From Orbicella franksi (Eukaryota), in contig OZ116703.1 in the NCBI GenBank assembly GCA_964199315.1, forward strand, positions 8,866,001 to 8,930,000: 64,000 nt of DNA, in the 5' to 3' direction. Positions 46,569 to 61,500 of the stretch are shown piece by piece. Numbering within the stretch: the stretch's first letter is position 1; each line of letters begins with the position of its first letter. Made by a program: the position numbers and the translations under genes. A model generated the notes under the pieces. That model searched no databases, was not told the origin of the DNA, and worked only from the letters and a program-made list of their open reading frames with translations.

Positions 46569-49500
46569 TCACAGCAATCTACCACGACACTCCGCTGACC
46601 CACAGTAGCAGTGTAAAACTTTGCCTTTGACGCTGTCCACTTCGTACGCGTAGTCCCAGGTTAGCTCGGTTCCAGCTGCAACGTTTCTGGAGAGGAACGG
46701 GAAGAAAGAAGTTAATTTACATGATGACGCGATCAAATTAGACTTTAGCAGACTTTTTTCTCGAAGAGCGAGAAGATATAGACGCGAGATTTTACAAATG
46801 ACCCTGGACGTGTACCAACATGGCTGTTCCAGTTGGTTTGTACGGTGACAAAAACAAGGTACTTTCCACTTCCCTATGAAAAGTATAGGTAATCGTATCC
46901 GTGCGAGTGCAATTTATTATTTGCACTTCGAGTGATATTTGAGAATTCCCTCAAAACTGCACGAGCCTTCAGGTGAGTCCAATTTGGAAGGATCTTCAAA
47001 CATCACGAGTAGTGTATATCCTTTACTGGTCGAGCTTTCATACGATTGTCATTTATTATATGACTGAGAAAATTTCGAACACACCACCATTAACTTACAC
47101 TGCAGTACGAGGTAAAAATCATCGATAAATGGCCAATCAGCCTCTCAGCCAATCACAATGAGGTATATTTCTTAGTCATATAATAACAATCAAAACAACA
47201 TGGACTAAAATAACCTCCATGTCCACAGTCACTTACTGTTGAGTGAAGAACGCCACCCAAGGAAATCGGAGGTCATGAGTGTCTACAAACACATTCTGGA
47301 CAAACAGGTTTGGCGAGCAGCTATGCTGTTGAAGCAAACACAAAACTGGTTTATCAAACAGGTTTGGCGGGCAGTCGTGCTGTCCAGTCGCAATGAAAAC
47401 TTGCTTAGTTTCGTACATTAAAGAGATGACACATTTTTTTCGACGACGAACGCGTGGAAAATGGAAAACAATCGAATTCTCTTTTAGAGGGTAGACAGCA
47501 AATAACAGTATAGGATTTAGAAAGTGTTAGAAAACAAACAGTCGACACGTATCTCCACAAAGTATTAAATTGAAAGAACTAAGGTTAACCAAACAAAGCA
47601 GTAAACAACACATTATTTCATGAAAAACAGTAAGTTAACAAACTCACATTTAAATATCGCCCACAGTTCCCGTAAGCCTTTGCGTCGATGACGTAGCAAT
47701 GCTCTTCTCCAAACATCAACCTCGTGCTCAGTCTCTTGCTGCTAGCAGAGGACTGGCGTGACAGAGAGGGGCGTGAGGGCGAGGGAGTGTTGGGTGAGGC
47801 TTTTATCGAAGGACTGGTGCTAGTGGGTTGAGAACGAGAGTAGTGAATCTTGGGCTTGTTAGCTGAAAAAACAAAAAAGAGAAAATCCGGCACCACAAAA
47901 GTTACTAACTTAAAGAAATTTCTACAATGCAGAGCTATTCTAAGGATGTTTACTTGGGTAACTTAGGGTTAGGGTTAGGGTTTTTGAAAACAAAACTTCA
48001 GTTTGTTCGTCTTTATCTTCTTAATCTTACAGTGGATTCAGGTTGAGAGTTAAACGCTCTCAGGTGTCTCAGGTCGTTGTAATGGTTGATAGCGTTGCAA
48101 AGCAAAAAGTCCGACAAAACTTGGAGTTCTGTCCAGGAAAAAAAAGGCGTGTTCACTAAATAATAAACAGCGATTCCACAAATCGGCTGGGAAAATCATT
48201 GACGACGTCTCGCGCCCTCTTTAAAAGCATGAATCACAGCATTTCTTCGATCAGAAGATGAAGATTTTTCTGGCAGGTGAGAGTGACTACTCTTGGTTAT
48301 GGCCCACACTTGGAAACGTTCCAACGCGCCTTTTCCGAGACAGAATGTTGTCATCCCCGCAATGTCATTCCCACAATGCATCCTCCCAGATCCAAGATGG
48401 CGGACGACTTGAGAGGGGATGAAAAGTCGCTTTTGAAAGGACGAAATGGTGGTATTACATGTTGCGTCTCCACACGGTTTAATAATTCAAGGAGAAACGC
48501 TGAGTTTAATTATATTTTCCCGAAAGAGCCTGCATTGTGAGAGAAGTGGATAGAATATATCGAGAGACGAGGCACCCAGTATGTTCTGCACGCTTTGCAG
48601 GTGGGAAGAAAAGCTACGTGAATAATGTAGAAACCGTATTTGCTGACTGTGCATTTGAATTGTTGCTGTAGATATAATTAAGTGTGAGTTCCGAAACCAG
48701 CAGATTTCAGAGGGCAAGCCTCCGTCCGCACTGTCCGCTTTCTTGGACTGGACTTGATGAATACATCTGCCATGCAAGCGCGCCTCGTAGAGGGAAAGGA
48801 CCGTTGGTGTCATTATATGGATTTTGAAATTAAAAACAAGGTGAAACTTCTAAGAACAAAATAGTCAAAGACCTCAGACTTCAGTTCAAAGATAAAGGAC
48901 AAATCAGACAAATGAATCTTACTTTTTAACTTTTTCGCCGGCGGCTTTGACACCCCAGTGCTTCGTTTAGAGCTTCCGGTTGAAATCTCCGACTTCCGGT
49001 CTAAAGACTCGGGCTTTGAAACGTCCGAACGTAAACTAGACGGCGAAGGCGGAAAAGAATCCATGTTTTCTGTCTCTGGAGATGAAGGCTCCGATATAGG
49101 TTCAACCCGAATACCCAAAGCATTTTCTACGCTGGGGGATTTTTCAGTCGAACTTTTGTCGACATCATCCGCAATCGACTGGTCTAAGTCCATTGGCGTC
49201 GGCCCATCCGTTCCATTCACACTAGAGTCCGAAGAAGACGGATGAGCCGTGAGAACGCGTTTAGTTAACCGTGAAATCATGTCCTCTAGCGTGTTTGAAA
49301 CCCGACGAGTGGGATTCATTTTAGTTAATACAGGCGGTTCGTCCGCCACTGTCGTGTTCTTCGCAGCCAGTTTAGAGAGATCTTCTGCGGAGATGAGAGA
49401 AGGCGCAGAATCCGAATCCTCAACCGGTTTTGCAGCGCTCTCTGATTTATCCTGTTTATCAGGTTTTTCTGGTTCGACCGGTTCGGGTGTAACCCTTCCA

Positions 49501-52500
49501 TGTTTGATATGAGGCTGGAGATCTGTTTTCTGAGAAGCTGAAATTAAGTCTCTATCTTTGAATGTTGAAATTCCTTCAACATCAGCTTCTGTATCGCTCG
49601 TTAACACAATAATTTTCATATCGTTTCCTCCTGCAGAATAAGCAGGTCTGCCCTTGTGTGTATCGTCCTTGTCCGTTATAATCCTCGCCGTATCTGCCTC
49701 GTTGTCTACTGGTATGTCCTGGGAGGTGTTGTCCCGCATTTTCTGGCAAAACGACTCGTCGACTTCATCGAAATCAAAGTCACTGCTCTGACTGATGTTC
49801 TTTTCTTCGTCATCTACGAAAAAAGCAATAAAGTTACACATTTAGGCATTATTTCACCACAACAGGATAATTATAAAGAAAGCTTTCCCTTTGTCCACTA
49901 GATTCCCTCAATAACTCGCCATTTGCCACAGCCATTTCACTGTCATTTCTTCGTCTCTCAACCCAAACACTGAGTCTGGATTTCAAGCCTAATTTTATAC
50001 ACTTACATAAAAACAGGCAAAATAAAGTTAAGATGTCTTGCCACGGCATATGCTTACTAGCCAGTCTCCGATGCCATTAGCACGTATCTGGAGTTCAGTG
50101 CCCCAATCACCAGACCACTGCGCCCCACTAACGTGATATTTCACAATTAGATTATGAGCTTGATATTTCCATGGGCACCCTCGTCAACTAACACGCATAG
50201 AAATCGAGAGTGAATAATCTAATTATTTTAGTATAAATCTACTAGGCGTTCAGAATTATATCTAAATTCTCTTCGCAGACACTTTGAAAACGAAAAGAAG
50301 AGGCCGCCATTTTGTTAACAAGCGCACACTGCTGGGCTACTCGAATGGATAGTGAGTAGCGCAGCCAATCAGAGAACGGCATTCCTGATAGAACGCTAGT
50401 AGATTTATATTAAATATCTACAGAAATGCAAGCAAAGCAGCATTAATTTCCAAGTTGTTTATGAGTTCAATTTCCATACTATAAACTCGAATAGTAAGAT
50501 AAGGAGCCAAAAGCTCCTAGGAAACCTCATCCGTTCCCCCCCATCGTTAAACGACACCACATGACTCTAAAAACAACAGAAACAAGGTTGAATTTTCGCC
50601 GAGGTATTTACCTCTCAACTGCTTAACACTCTCCGCATCTTTCACATCTTTTTCATCCCTTTTTACTACAGCTTCTTTTGTCATCACGACGGTTTCCGCG
50701 CCTGACTGGACACTAATCTTTCCAGTCCCTTCACCCGTCATCTTTTTCAAAAAGGCGGCTGCAAGCTTCTGGTCGTCATGGTTACGCTTTAATGCTATGT
50801 AACACCTAGAAGGCAAATATTAGTAAAATGCAATGCAAGTCAGCGGATTTGGATGTAGAAAAAGATGTAGTTCGTTTACAAAATGTAAACAGAACTAAAT
50901 GCTGCAAGATTAAAATCGTTTAAACTAATCGTGGGAGAAATTAATGTAATAAACGATTTTGCCTTATTTAGTTTAAAATAAGCTTTTATCTCTTTAATCG
51001 CGGCTGGCGCTAGGACGGGGTTGAAACATGCCCTCATACAACATTTCACTTTCAACTTCTCTCCAGCTCGAATGCAAACTTGGTACCACTTAACGACCCT
51101 ACAAACGCCTGTTTTTTCGCTGTTCTCAAATTATTGAAAAGTTTCTCCTCTGCAAAGAAAGACAAACTTCTAACTGAAGAAAGCGTTTGTTAATAGAACG
51201 TGTGTCACTATCGCGATAACAATCCTGCGGCTTATATTTGGTGGGCTTGATATTATTTTCGAGAGGGTGACACTCGCTATCGAAAGGAATTTCCGTTTCG
51301 AAAATATTTGAGGTTAGATTTGGAAGGGATTAGTTTGCGTATGGAAAATTAACAGTATGTGGATATCGCCGGCGGGTTACTCTCGCCTGGATTTTACGGT
51401 ATGGACAGATATCTGTCACGACTAGAAAGGCGTTTCTTGGCGAACGATTATGTTCGTAGTAGTCTCTGAGGCACACTACGCCGGAGGAATTTGAAAACGT
51501 AACAATCACCGGCCATTTTGGACTTGTGTTTGAGGAAAACTCGGTCTGGGAAATCACATGATTCCCGTGATGCCATCGTTTTCGAAAAGCTATATTTTCA
51601 ATTGTTTTCCGTCCACACTGAAACGCAAAGCCGGCGTTTCAAATTCCTCAGATTTGAAGAGCGTTTTCGAAAAGTTCCGTTTTCGTTACGGATTAGTGCG
51701 GACGATAAGGCCTAACCGTAGAAATAAAGTTGCGTTTTCAAATTCCTCCGGCGTGGACGGAGAGGCGAACGTGACACAACAAATATCTGTCAAGAAATGG
51801 TTCTGGAGACTATATTTAATAAATACGAAAATTAAACTTGCCATTTTTCATCCGCAAGGTGTGATAAACAGTGAGCTTTAGACTCTCTTTCAACCATCAA
51901 CGTTTCCTCTCCTTGTACACCGCTGTCGTGGATATTAAACGCAAATAAATCGTGTTTACAATATGGAACTCAGTTTCAGGAGTTGCTTTCACAAATGAGC
52001 CTCTGAGAGCGGCAAAAGAGAACTGACTACACAATCACCGAGCATTCTGGAATTCCTTTTGATGTAATTATTACAAACCATGTGTAGTTCTAACCACCGA
52101 AGGAAAAAAATGTGCTGACTTAGCAAATGCTACCAGATAAACGAGTCAGAAATGGCGCGGGTAACTATGAAAACAAGGACTCTTTAACGGCAAGATAAAA
52201 GTAATATAGAATACGAAACGAAAGAAAACTAAAGAAAAGAAAAGAAAACAAGAGACCAACAAAAGAAAATTTTTCCTACCGTTTTCTCTTTTCGCTTTTC
52301 CTTCCAGATCTCTGTGGAATAAAAAAAAGCACAATACTTTGATCATTTTCTGATCAATAAGGCTTGTTTGCTAATTGCCTTTAAAAAGAGGTTGAGAACA
52401 TTTTCTTTTCAGTTCTTCAAGGCCCAATGTTTCAGTTAGACAAAACCAACCTTCATCAGGGACTTTGAATAAAATCTGATTCAAACATACTTTACTCTAA

Positions 52501-55500
52501 TAACCCCAGAGGCCGGTTATCCGTGAGTGCTAGGTTCAAAACAGACATTTAACTTGAACACAGTTAACAGAGGGCAATGGTTATGACACCCTACTAAGAT
52601 CTTTGCTCTAGGTTTTTGCTCGCTTTTTCGGCCTTGACCGTGCACAAAACACAATAGTTGTGTACTTTTCACTGAGGAACAAACCAATAGCAACGTTTCA
52701 GTTACGTAATTCATACATAGTGTTTGAGCGCAAAACAGAAGATTGTGCACGACCGTGGACCTTGATATCTTTGTTTGCTCCTTTGATGTAAGCCTAAAGG
52801 AGGGTTTATTAACCACTCCCCTCTATTAACCTCTGAAGAAGGAATTTGATCCCAAACCTGCATCTCGTCAGTTTTAACAGCAGAAACACTCTTACCTTTC
52901 GCTTGTTTCTCCTGGATGATTTGTGGCTGTTATGTTCACTATCACCGTGCCTCGAGTTTCGGCCTGAACTGTAACTCTCCTCACTCAATAGGGAATCCAC
53001 TTCCGAAGATTCATCTTCTGATAACGAACTGCAATTAAAATGATAACAATACGAGCAACAAGATTACTTTCAAAAAAGGACAAGTAACTAGGATAAGACT
53101 TATTCAAAATTTCAAAATCATTCCCTGGTTAAAATAACCAGAGAAGCGTTTAATTAAGATTACTTTGTTACCGTCTTTAGTGCAGAGTGCACTATTGGGA
53201 TGGTTTTGGGGGCGGCTGTTAGCTAAACCGCTAAGTTAGGCCTAGTTCACACTTGGGGCATAACGACATAGTTACATAAACACAACGACATAAGAAGGAC
53301 GTTGTGTCGTTATGTTTGCAGTGTGAACATCCTGACATAATGGCATGATAGCAACATAACAGTATGAACATACCGACATAAGGAAAAAACCTGATCTTTC
53401 CCTTATGTCTTTATGTTGATGTCCACATTACCAACATAAGCGTTTATGTCGTTATGTCGTTTCTGTCGCTACTGCGAACCAGGCCGTACTAACGAGCCAA
53501 GGTGTAAATTTTAATGTTGTTGTAATTAATTAATTCCTACTAATGCGGTAATGTTTTGGATACTTTCGCCATTCGCACGTCAATTCCTACNNNNNNNNNN
53601 NNNNNNNNNNNNNNNNNNNNNNNNNNNNNNNNNNNNNNNNNNNNNNNNNNNNNNNNNNNNNNNNNNNNNNNNNNNNNNNNNNNNNNNNNNNNNNNNNNNN
53701 NNNNNNNNNNNNNNNNNNNNNNNNNNNNNNNNNNNNNNNNNNNNNNNNNNNNNNNNNNNNNNNNNNNNNNNNNNNNNNNNNNNNNNNNNNNNNNNNNNNN
53801 NNNNNNNNNNNNNNNNNNNNNAGTCTCTCGGCAAGAATGTGGTAGGGCTGGGGGTGGGCCAGGTAACTGTGCGCACTACGTAAACCGAATTGCACCAACG
53901 CTTCTCTCTCCCTAGCATCACAAAATTACATCTCTGGTTCGGAAAACCCCGTGCTGTCGTTGTTGAGTACAGTGAAGGCTCTTACCTTTCGCCGCTATTT
54001 CCTGAAGCACTGGCTGAAGAACTGCTGTCGGCGCCCAGCGTCTGATAAATAACACTGTCATCTTCCTCAAGGTCCGACACATTGGACTCGTAGCCTTCCT
54101 TGGCTTTTTCCACGACCTCTGTAATAACAATCCAACAGATTACAAAGTTCACTAGGAGCTCTTTATAGAAGATTTCACTCGAGGAGCAATAGGGGACTTT
54201 AGCACGCCCGTTTTTGAGACGCGGACGGTAGCCGGAAGTGAGCTACTTTCACTTTTAACTTGTCCTCACACAGCCATATTCACATTGCTAAGTATCTTTT
54301 CTTCATTAGAGATGAGTAGTATAAAAAATCTGGGAGACAATACGGTCCTAGCATGCGAAATCTTCTCTTCCGGTTGCCGTCCGCGTCTCAAAAACGCGCG
54401 TGCTAAAGCTCCCTAATGTCAACGTCATGAGGAGCAATGTCAAGGCATTCTTTTTTAACTTGAACATTGCCTTAAAAATGTGTATACTCTTTTTCTTTGG
54501 ACATTGCCTTCAAAAAGGATTTTCTTGTTTTAGAAATTTGGACATTGCCTTCATTTTTTTTCCTTCAAAATTGGATATTGCCTTGAAAAACAAAAAACAG
54601 AAATATGCAACTAACTGGATTCACAAGTTGAAAAATTCACTTTACCTCTTTCAAGATTCGCTATTTAAGGCATGAAGGCTTCAGGCCTATTATACTCACT
54701 ATGACGTAAGCAGTTAGCATTATGTGACACTACGTTAATTTATGCAAGAGTGTCATTGGTTCTCCTCTGTTGTAGCCTCACCTTTACGTCTACATTGGGA
54801 CTTGGATTGAATACATTCTACTCACCGATATGGTCCAACTCCGCAAGATACTCGTCTCCAAAATCTCTTCCCTCCTGCCAACAAGAAGGGGAAAAAGGTT
54901 TAACAACCAGCGCCAGCAAGTAAATTATCTTTATTGGTCTCTTCCTTATAAGTGATGCTTTGGAGGATCGAAAAAAACTTTAAGTTGAGGGCATTCTCAA
55001 ACAATCGCTTAATAATATTTAAAAAGTGCGAAAACGAAAAAAGAAGAGACAAAACAAGCAAGCAAACAAACGAAAATCAAGGTCATGGTTAACCAAACCG
55101 AAAGACGAATGCCTAGCACTGGAGAATATCTTGAAGAATTGCAAACCGTGCTTTTCAAATCGTAATAGGAATACGGAAATTGATGTCATGTTGTCACCAC
55201 TTACTTACATCTCCTTTGAAACCTTTTTTCTCCTCTTATAAATCCAAAGCGAAATATTTCTTTTCTGTTTATGTAGTCCCCCAGTCTTACGGATATCTCA
55301 CGTTTAAAAAATATAAGCATTTTTAAGACAGAGTGAAATGAAATCACGGATTCCAACCTTGTTAGCCATGTCCTCGTTCAGAATTTGCCCAGCATACGTA
55401 CAGACGAAGGTTCCCATAGGAATGTCATCCAGAGATCGCAGTCCCCATCCCCTGAAAAACCAAACGCGCAAAACAGTAAGCACAAGAGTAAACACAAGAG

Positions 55501-58500
55501 TAAACAATCAAACAACAAACAGCAAACAATGTGACGAGGAAAAGTAAATAATCTGTTTTGATGGCATCCATAAACACAAGAACGATCGATAGAATTGTTC
55601 CAAACAAAGTCACATGCATCTTTCTCTGAGATCTTCTTATACAGGGCTGCGAGGAGTTTCTCTTCAGTCAAGCCTGGTTTCCTTATATACCTGTTTTCTG
55701 TCTTGAAGACTTGCAATCGTAGCTGGATGCCGTTTTGTACTACTCGGTTGAAACACTGGCTTCCGCACGCGCAGTTCTGATTGCACTCGTAAATCCTGAG
55801 AGGAAATAATATACCAGGTAATAACAGTTAGAGACAAATAGCATTTGTTTTAGGTCTTTCCAGAATGAGCTCGGAAGTGCGGGAAAAATGGCGTGGCTCA
55901 AATCACGTGATTAGTCTGAAAACATGCATCGCATTTCTGATTGGTTACTGCACGACTGCTCGTGTGGTTACATCAGTCACTGACGAAGATACCTCCAGTT
56001 TTCTAACACTTGCGTTGATTCAAATAAGACAGAGATAAAAACAAGCTCCACTTATTTAATAATAACACTGTGCATTAAAAAGGCATTATTCCGTTAAGTC
56101 ATGGGAGTGATTTATAATTTTTCTCTCTGAAAAGAAGCATTCGCTACAAATTGCTACAGAAACCACCGACTGGAAAAACCGCCGTCACTTTTTTCCCCAC
56201 ACAGCGATGTAACGAAGGGCTCCTGCGCAGTTTCCTTCAAAACTAAACCGCACATTCCACAGCTTTTGCGCCTCTCATTTTGCTCAGTTTTCACCGTACT
56301 TTTTACAACGTTGTTTTTTCCTACAAACCTCTCGAACATTACGTTAAGACAATTCAAACACCGAGAGGTGTTGAGCTTTCGCGGTTGACAGCTCACTCAC
56401 CCTGTTTGCACACCTTCCCTGAGCCTGCGATACTCATAGCCAATGGTGGGATCCTCTTTGCCTCCAACTGCAGCAGATGCCTGGATGGTCAACTGCGCGC
56501 ATGAGCACTTGGACTTATCCTTTATTTGGTCAAGAATAGTATTTACACAAATTAGTAGCTAAGAACGAATGTGTTCAATTGTGTTATTGTGTTGAATGAA
56601 AAATGTTCGTACTTGCGTCGTTATTGAAGTTTATAAAGTTAATACTTTGCTATACATAAATGCATGTTTTGTGTACCACTTTTTGCAAAACAGACCTCAG
56701 AACGCCAGTAAGAACAACACTTAGATCGGATTAGCTAAACATAGTCACAGATGGCTTAAACTCTGTTACTTGCCGTTGATATTAGGATTAATTTCAACCG
56801 CTCATTGAGTCCTGTGTCAGTTCGTCTTTCCCAAACAGTGTATGGTAATTAAGCCTTAGCTGATGTTAGTTCCGATATTAGTTTCTGTGAACGTAAACAA
56901 GACTGACCCTCACAGGGCTTAAAAGGAGGTCCTCATCGGTCCGGCTAAATTAAGGTACGCATTTCATTACCGGGAAAGTTCCTGCCTTTTATCTGGTTCG
57001 CTTCCGATTTCTCTGTTGTGTCGATGGTGACAAGAATCAAGGAAAGAGTTACCAAGGAATTATTTTCATGGAAATTAATATTTTGATTATGGAAAGCGTA
57101 AAAAGACAAGTCACCTGACAGTTGTCCGTGCAGTCACAACACGCCAAGAAGCCTGGGTCCAGAACCATGTTCACTCCATCAGCTAGAATTCGTCTGGAGA
57201 CGTAGTCGATTGGTGGAGGAAAACACGTATCCACTTCATTGACAACCTGACAAGTGTCAATCAACATAACAAATGACCAATCAGGCTAGGTATTGTTAGA
57301 AGAATGCAAACATTGATTGTATTCAAGTTTTAGCATGCAATGTCACATGTAAAGACGCAGACATCTAATTTTTAACGCGATTTTCAAACCTAATAGCTTG
57401 ATTTTGTCCAGCAGTACTAGGAAAATGAACATTTCGACAAACTTGACGAAATCAGGATGACATTTTCCAGTGTGACCCAAGTTTGAAAATACCTACCGAG
57501 ATTTGAACGGCTTCTGCACCGCGCGATATGTCAGGACATATGGGTTCCTACGGGAAAACAAAACATAACAAAATTACGCGTTTATAACGGGTCTCAGTAA
57601 AAGGAACACAAGAAGTCTGGTCATAGTCATACTTTTGCACCTTTTGCTTCATTTTATTCCGATTCTGAATTGAAAATCAAAAATACACTTGCTGTCAGAA
57701 GAAAATCAGAATTTATTCCTAGCGTGAAAAATGCAACAATCATTCTTAGCATTAAAAATTGCACAGTTTATTCCTAGCATAATGAAAAAAGAAAACAACG
57801 ACAACATCAGGGTTACTTTAAGGAGCAGGGATGGCGCAGTGGTGAGAACGCTCGCCCCCCACCAATGTGTCCCGGGTTCGATTCCGGTCTGGTGCCATAT
57901 GTGTGTTGAGTTTTGTTGTTGGTTCTCGCCTTACTTCGAGGGTTTTTCTACGGGTTCTCCGCTTTTCCTCCCAGCGCAAAACCAACATCTCTAAATTCCA
58001 ATTCCACCGGGATAGAGGATCCGCGTGAAAACCAGGTAAGGCTGATATGGCTTCCTCTCTAACTATTGTAATTTGTTTGTTCTGAGCTTACTACCCAATT
58101 GTATTGTACATCTACTACATGTAGTTGTGAGTGGTTGAATGCTGTTTGCCAGCTGTAGAGATCAGCTTTGCGACTAATTTGCTTTTAGTTTTATATGACA
58201 GACCTAAACATAGACAAACAGCTACTACACAACGCTCACCACATCTCGGAAGACAGTATCTTGACAAGAGATATCCGGATCAAATGTGAACTGATCTATG
58301 GACACATTGTCAGCTTCTGTTATCGTCACTGAAGGCAAAAAAAAAAAAAAAAATTCTGAATGAATACTTGTCAGAAATGTCACATTGTCTTTAAATAACA
58401 AACCCTTCAGTATCTCCACCAAAATAGTGAAAGGTTTGAGGCTTCCAGCAATGATAGAGGGCAAAAAAGTAAGCAAATCATAAAAATTGCTACAAGAATA

Positions 58501-61500
58501 TAATGACTGCAAGGGAAAACGTCCTACTTACAGTAACTAGCCACCTCCAACATAGACCTCTGAAAACAAAAATAAAATAAAAGTATACAAAGCAGAAATC
58601 AGGACTGTAGTTAGCATCATAAGATTTCCAACAACGGTGTGTTTTTCAAACAATTTTCAACTGGTATGTCCGGGATCGCGCCCTGGCCGGGGACATTGAG
58701 TTGTGTTCTTGGGCAAGAAGACACTTTACTGTCACAGTGCATCTCTCCACCCAGGTGCGTAACTGGGTACCGGAGAATTTCATACTAGGGGTAGCCTTAC
58801 GATGGACTAGCTGTAGTACCCCATTCAGGGGGGAGAGGAAATATTCCAGGTCGCTTCATGCTGCAGAAACCAGGATAAACTCCGGCCTGATGGGCCCCTT
58901 GGCTAGTAGGCAAACTTTAAGGCAACTCATCCGTAACTTACCAGCCTTTTGTTGCACGGAGTACGGTAATAGACAGTCTTTTTGTTGCCAGGGTGACGCT
59001 GAGCAATTTCTCTGCGAGAAGAACAAACAAACATTCATCAGTAACAAAAATGACAAAATATCAGCCATGTTCACATTGCTAGAAAGATATTGATGGTTCA
59101 GTTTTGACTACACTACTCAGCAGATTTCTGTTATTCCTATCTTTTACAGCAGGAGTTTTAAGTTTACAGCTTCACGAACTGAACTTTCCAACTACAGCTC
59201 ACTGTGAGTTTACTAGTCAAGGCAGCGAGTTGAAGTTGGTGAATTTTGATCACTGAGTTAACGCCTTTTCTTTTCTCCCGTTTCACAAGGCTAAGTTTCC
59301 CAGATAAAATGAAGTAACTTTAACTTCAACCTGAACAGGTTCGTCCAAACATAAATACTGATGATCGAAAAAGAACCAAAAGGATATTTTAGATATATCC
59401 ACAGCGTAAAAATCGAGTATTCAATTAGTTACGCCTATTCCCTTCTATATAAGGTATGCGTGACGGATAGAAGCCAATGTAAACTTCACAGTAGACTCGT
59501 AGCCCGCTTCGCTCGGCCAGCTATTTTACCCTGAAACTCATGAGTTCAACTTGCAGCAAGTCTAACTTCACAGGTCAGGTTTGAACAGGCGGAAGAGCAA
59601 TGTGAACAGTGATACAAAGAAAAAGGAATTAGAGTAGTAAAATTATTTTATTATATAACTCAAAGAAATATAACCTTTTCCACTTCAACAGTAGAGGGAT
59701 CGATCTCGGATTGTGCTTCACGCTTTCTCCTTCTTTTAAACTTAACGGTGGATTGCACGAGTTGTTGCATTTGTGAGGCCCTGCAATAGAACCAAACGGT
59801 TAACAAACTGTACAATTTACTTTTCTGCTCAAATGGTCCCCGTCTCGAAGGAGCCCGCGGTTTTTAGACGGAGCAATACTTAGCTGAGCAACGCTGCCGA
59901 GTTGGATTCGGGAATGACTGCATGAAAGAAACAAGGGGTGGGGTGAAAGATGATAGAACCTTATTTTGCGTTGCAGGGCCACATTTCTATGTCATTTTGT
60001 TTTCAAGTCTTACCCAATAGGACTGGAGGAAATTGTTGAGGACAATTTCCCTGATGGCTTCGACAAAGTTCACGCGTCAACACTGAGTTAATATTGAGAT
60101 CAAGAGAAAATGGGGGTTAGCCCTTTACATTCTCCTAACTAACAACTTACAGCACGCTTGCTTTAAAGTGAAGAGAATTTACATATTGACACTACTTTCC
60201 AATTGTTTCACCTTTAGGAGCTGGTTTGCTTAGCACAGGCAGCCCAGGAGTCTCACACTGTCCCCCAGAAAAGTTGCCCGCATCGTTCTGTTTCAGTCTT
60301 TCTTCGATCAGCGATGCCACGTCCTGTTTCCTCCGGTTGTTAGTTGGGAATTGGAAGGCTGGGACTCGATTATAGCCCGTGCTTCTGACGTCACGTCGGT
60401 TCGCTCGTAACCATGGAGCTTCCCACGTCTGAAACAAGAGGACAGTTTAAAGATCGAATGCTACTGTAGTTGTTCACTCACCCCATGATTTTTTATCTCG
60501 AGCGGGATTTTCGTTTACATAGGGTTGTGAGATTTCGTAACCAAGTATGAAAAGAAGAAGGAGCATATGTAACAAGGATTTTACGTTATCAAAAAACAAA
60601 ACAGAACAAAAAATCAACAATCGAATTATATTGCAAATGGCGATAGTATATCAGTATTGCAGTGTAAGAAGTGTTAATTAGTATTGTAAGCAACATGAGT
60701 TATCGTACTGCACTGTAAGTAGTGTTAATTAGCATTGTTGGTAGCGTAAGTGACCGTATTGTATTGTAAGTAGTGTATGCACTGCTTTGTAAGTGATACA
60801 CGTAGTGTAAGCCTTAGCATTGTAAGTGAAGGAATTAATCATATTGAATAAGAAGTATTATAAGTAATGTAAGTATATGTATTAGCCTTGTAAGTAGTGT
60901 AAGTAGCTGCTTAAGTATCGTAACCAGTGTGTGTAACAATGATTAAACAACAACAACAACAACAACAAGACGGAAATGAGTTACATAATTTACGAGACCT
61001 TTCCTACACATTCTGTTAAAAATCCCAAATCACCCGTTGCCATCCGCCTAGGCAACTGCCGACTGGCATAACCTGAGTGTTCAAAAATATTGAATAACGC
61101 TCGCCTTAAGTTGCTGTCCTCACAAGAGATTTAAACACATCAGGAGGCCAATCAGAGTAGGGCATTATATCTTGAAAGAACTTAGTAGTATTATAATTGT
61201 TGGGGTAAATAATGATGGCAAAAGTAATGTGTTTGCTCGAAATAATTGACGAAACCCGTGGCAGCAATTTAAATTTCTGTAGTAGCACTAGACACCAGAC
61301 ATCAATAATCTTAAGAAAAGTGATCATACGTTTTGAGTGTATACATGTTAAGGTTGTATGGATTCCAGTCAGTGTGATAAATATACCATGATATGGAATA
61401 TTGACGGGAAATTAAAGCATGAAACGATAAAAAGCGAATAACGATTGTAAAAAAAAAAAGAAGGAAAACCGATATAAGCTAAGCGAACAATAAAAGTCAA

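Noticed and set aside
48487-48813. 108-aa minus ORF in a SETDB1 intron as an extra exon or nested gene
   Set aside because: The flanking exons (48923 and 47862) already join in phase; no recognisable domain or good splice sites, and the region looks like repeat-derived DNA.
53551-53921. ORFs spanning the N run
   Set aside because: Artefacts of the assembly gap.
57822-57900. Possible tRNA gene
   Set aside because: A and B boxes are present, but there is no convincing cloverleaf or poly-T terminator; it continues into a SINE body with a second copy at 31795-32022.
59800-59982. Possible additional SETDB1 exon
   Set aside because: No acceptor/donor pair gives the required phase 1-1 without a stop, and the 60212-59780 junction is already in frame.
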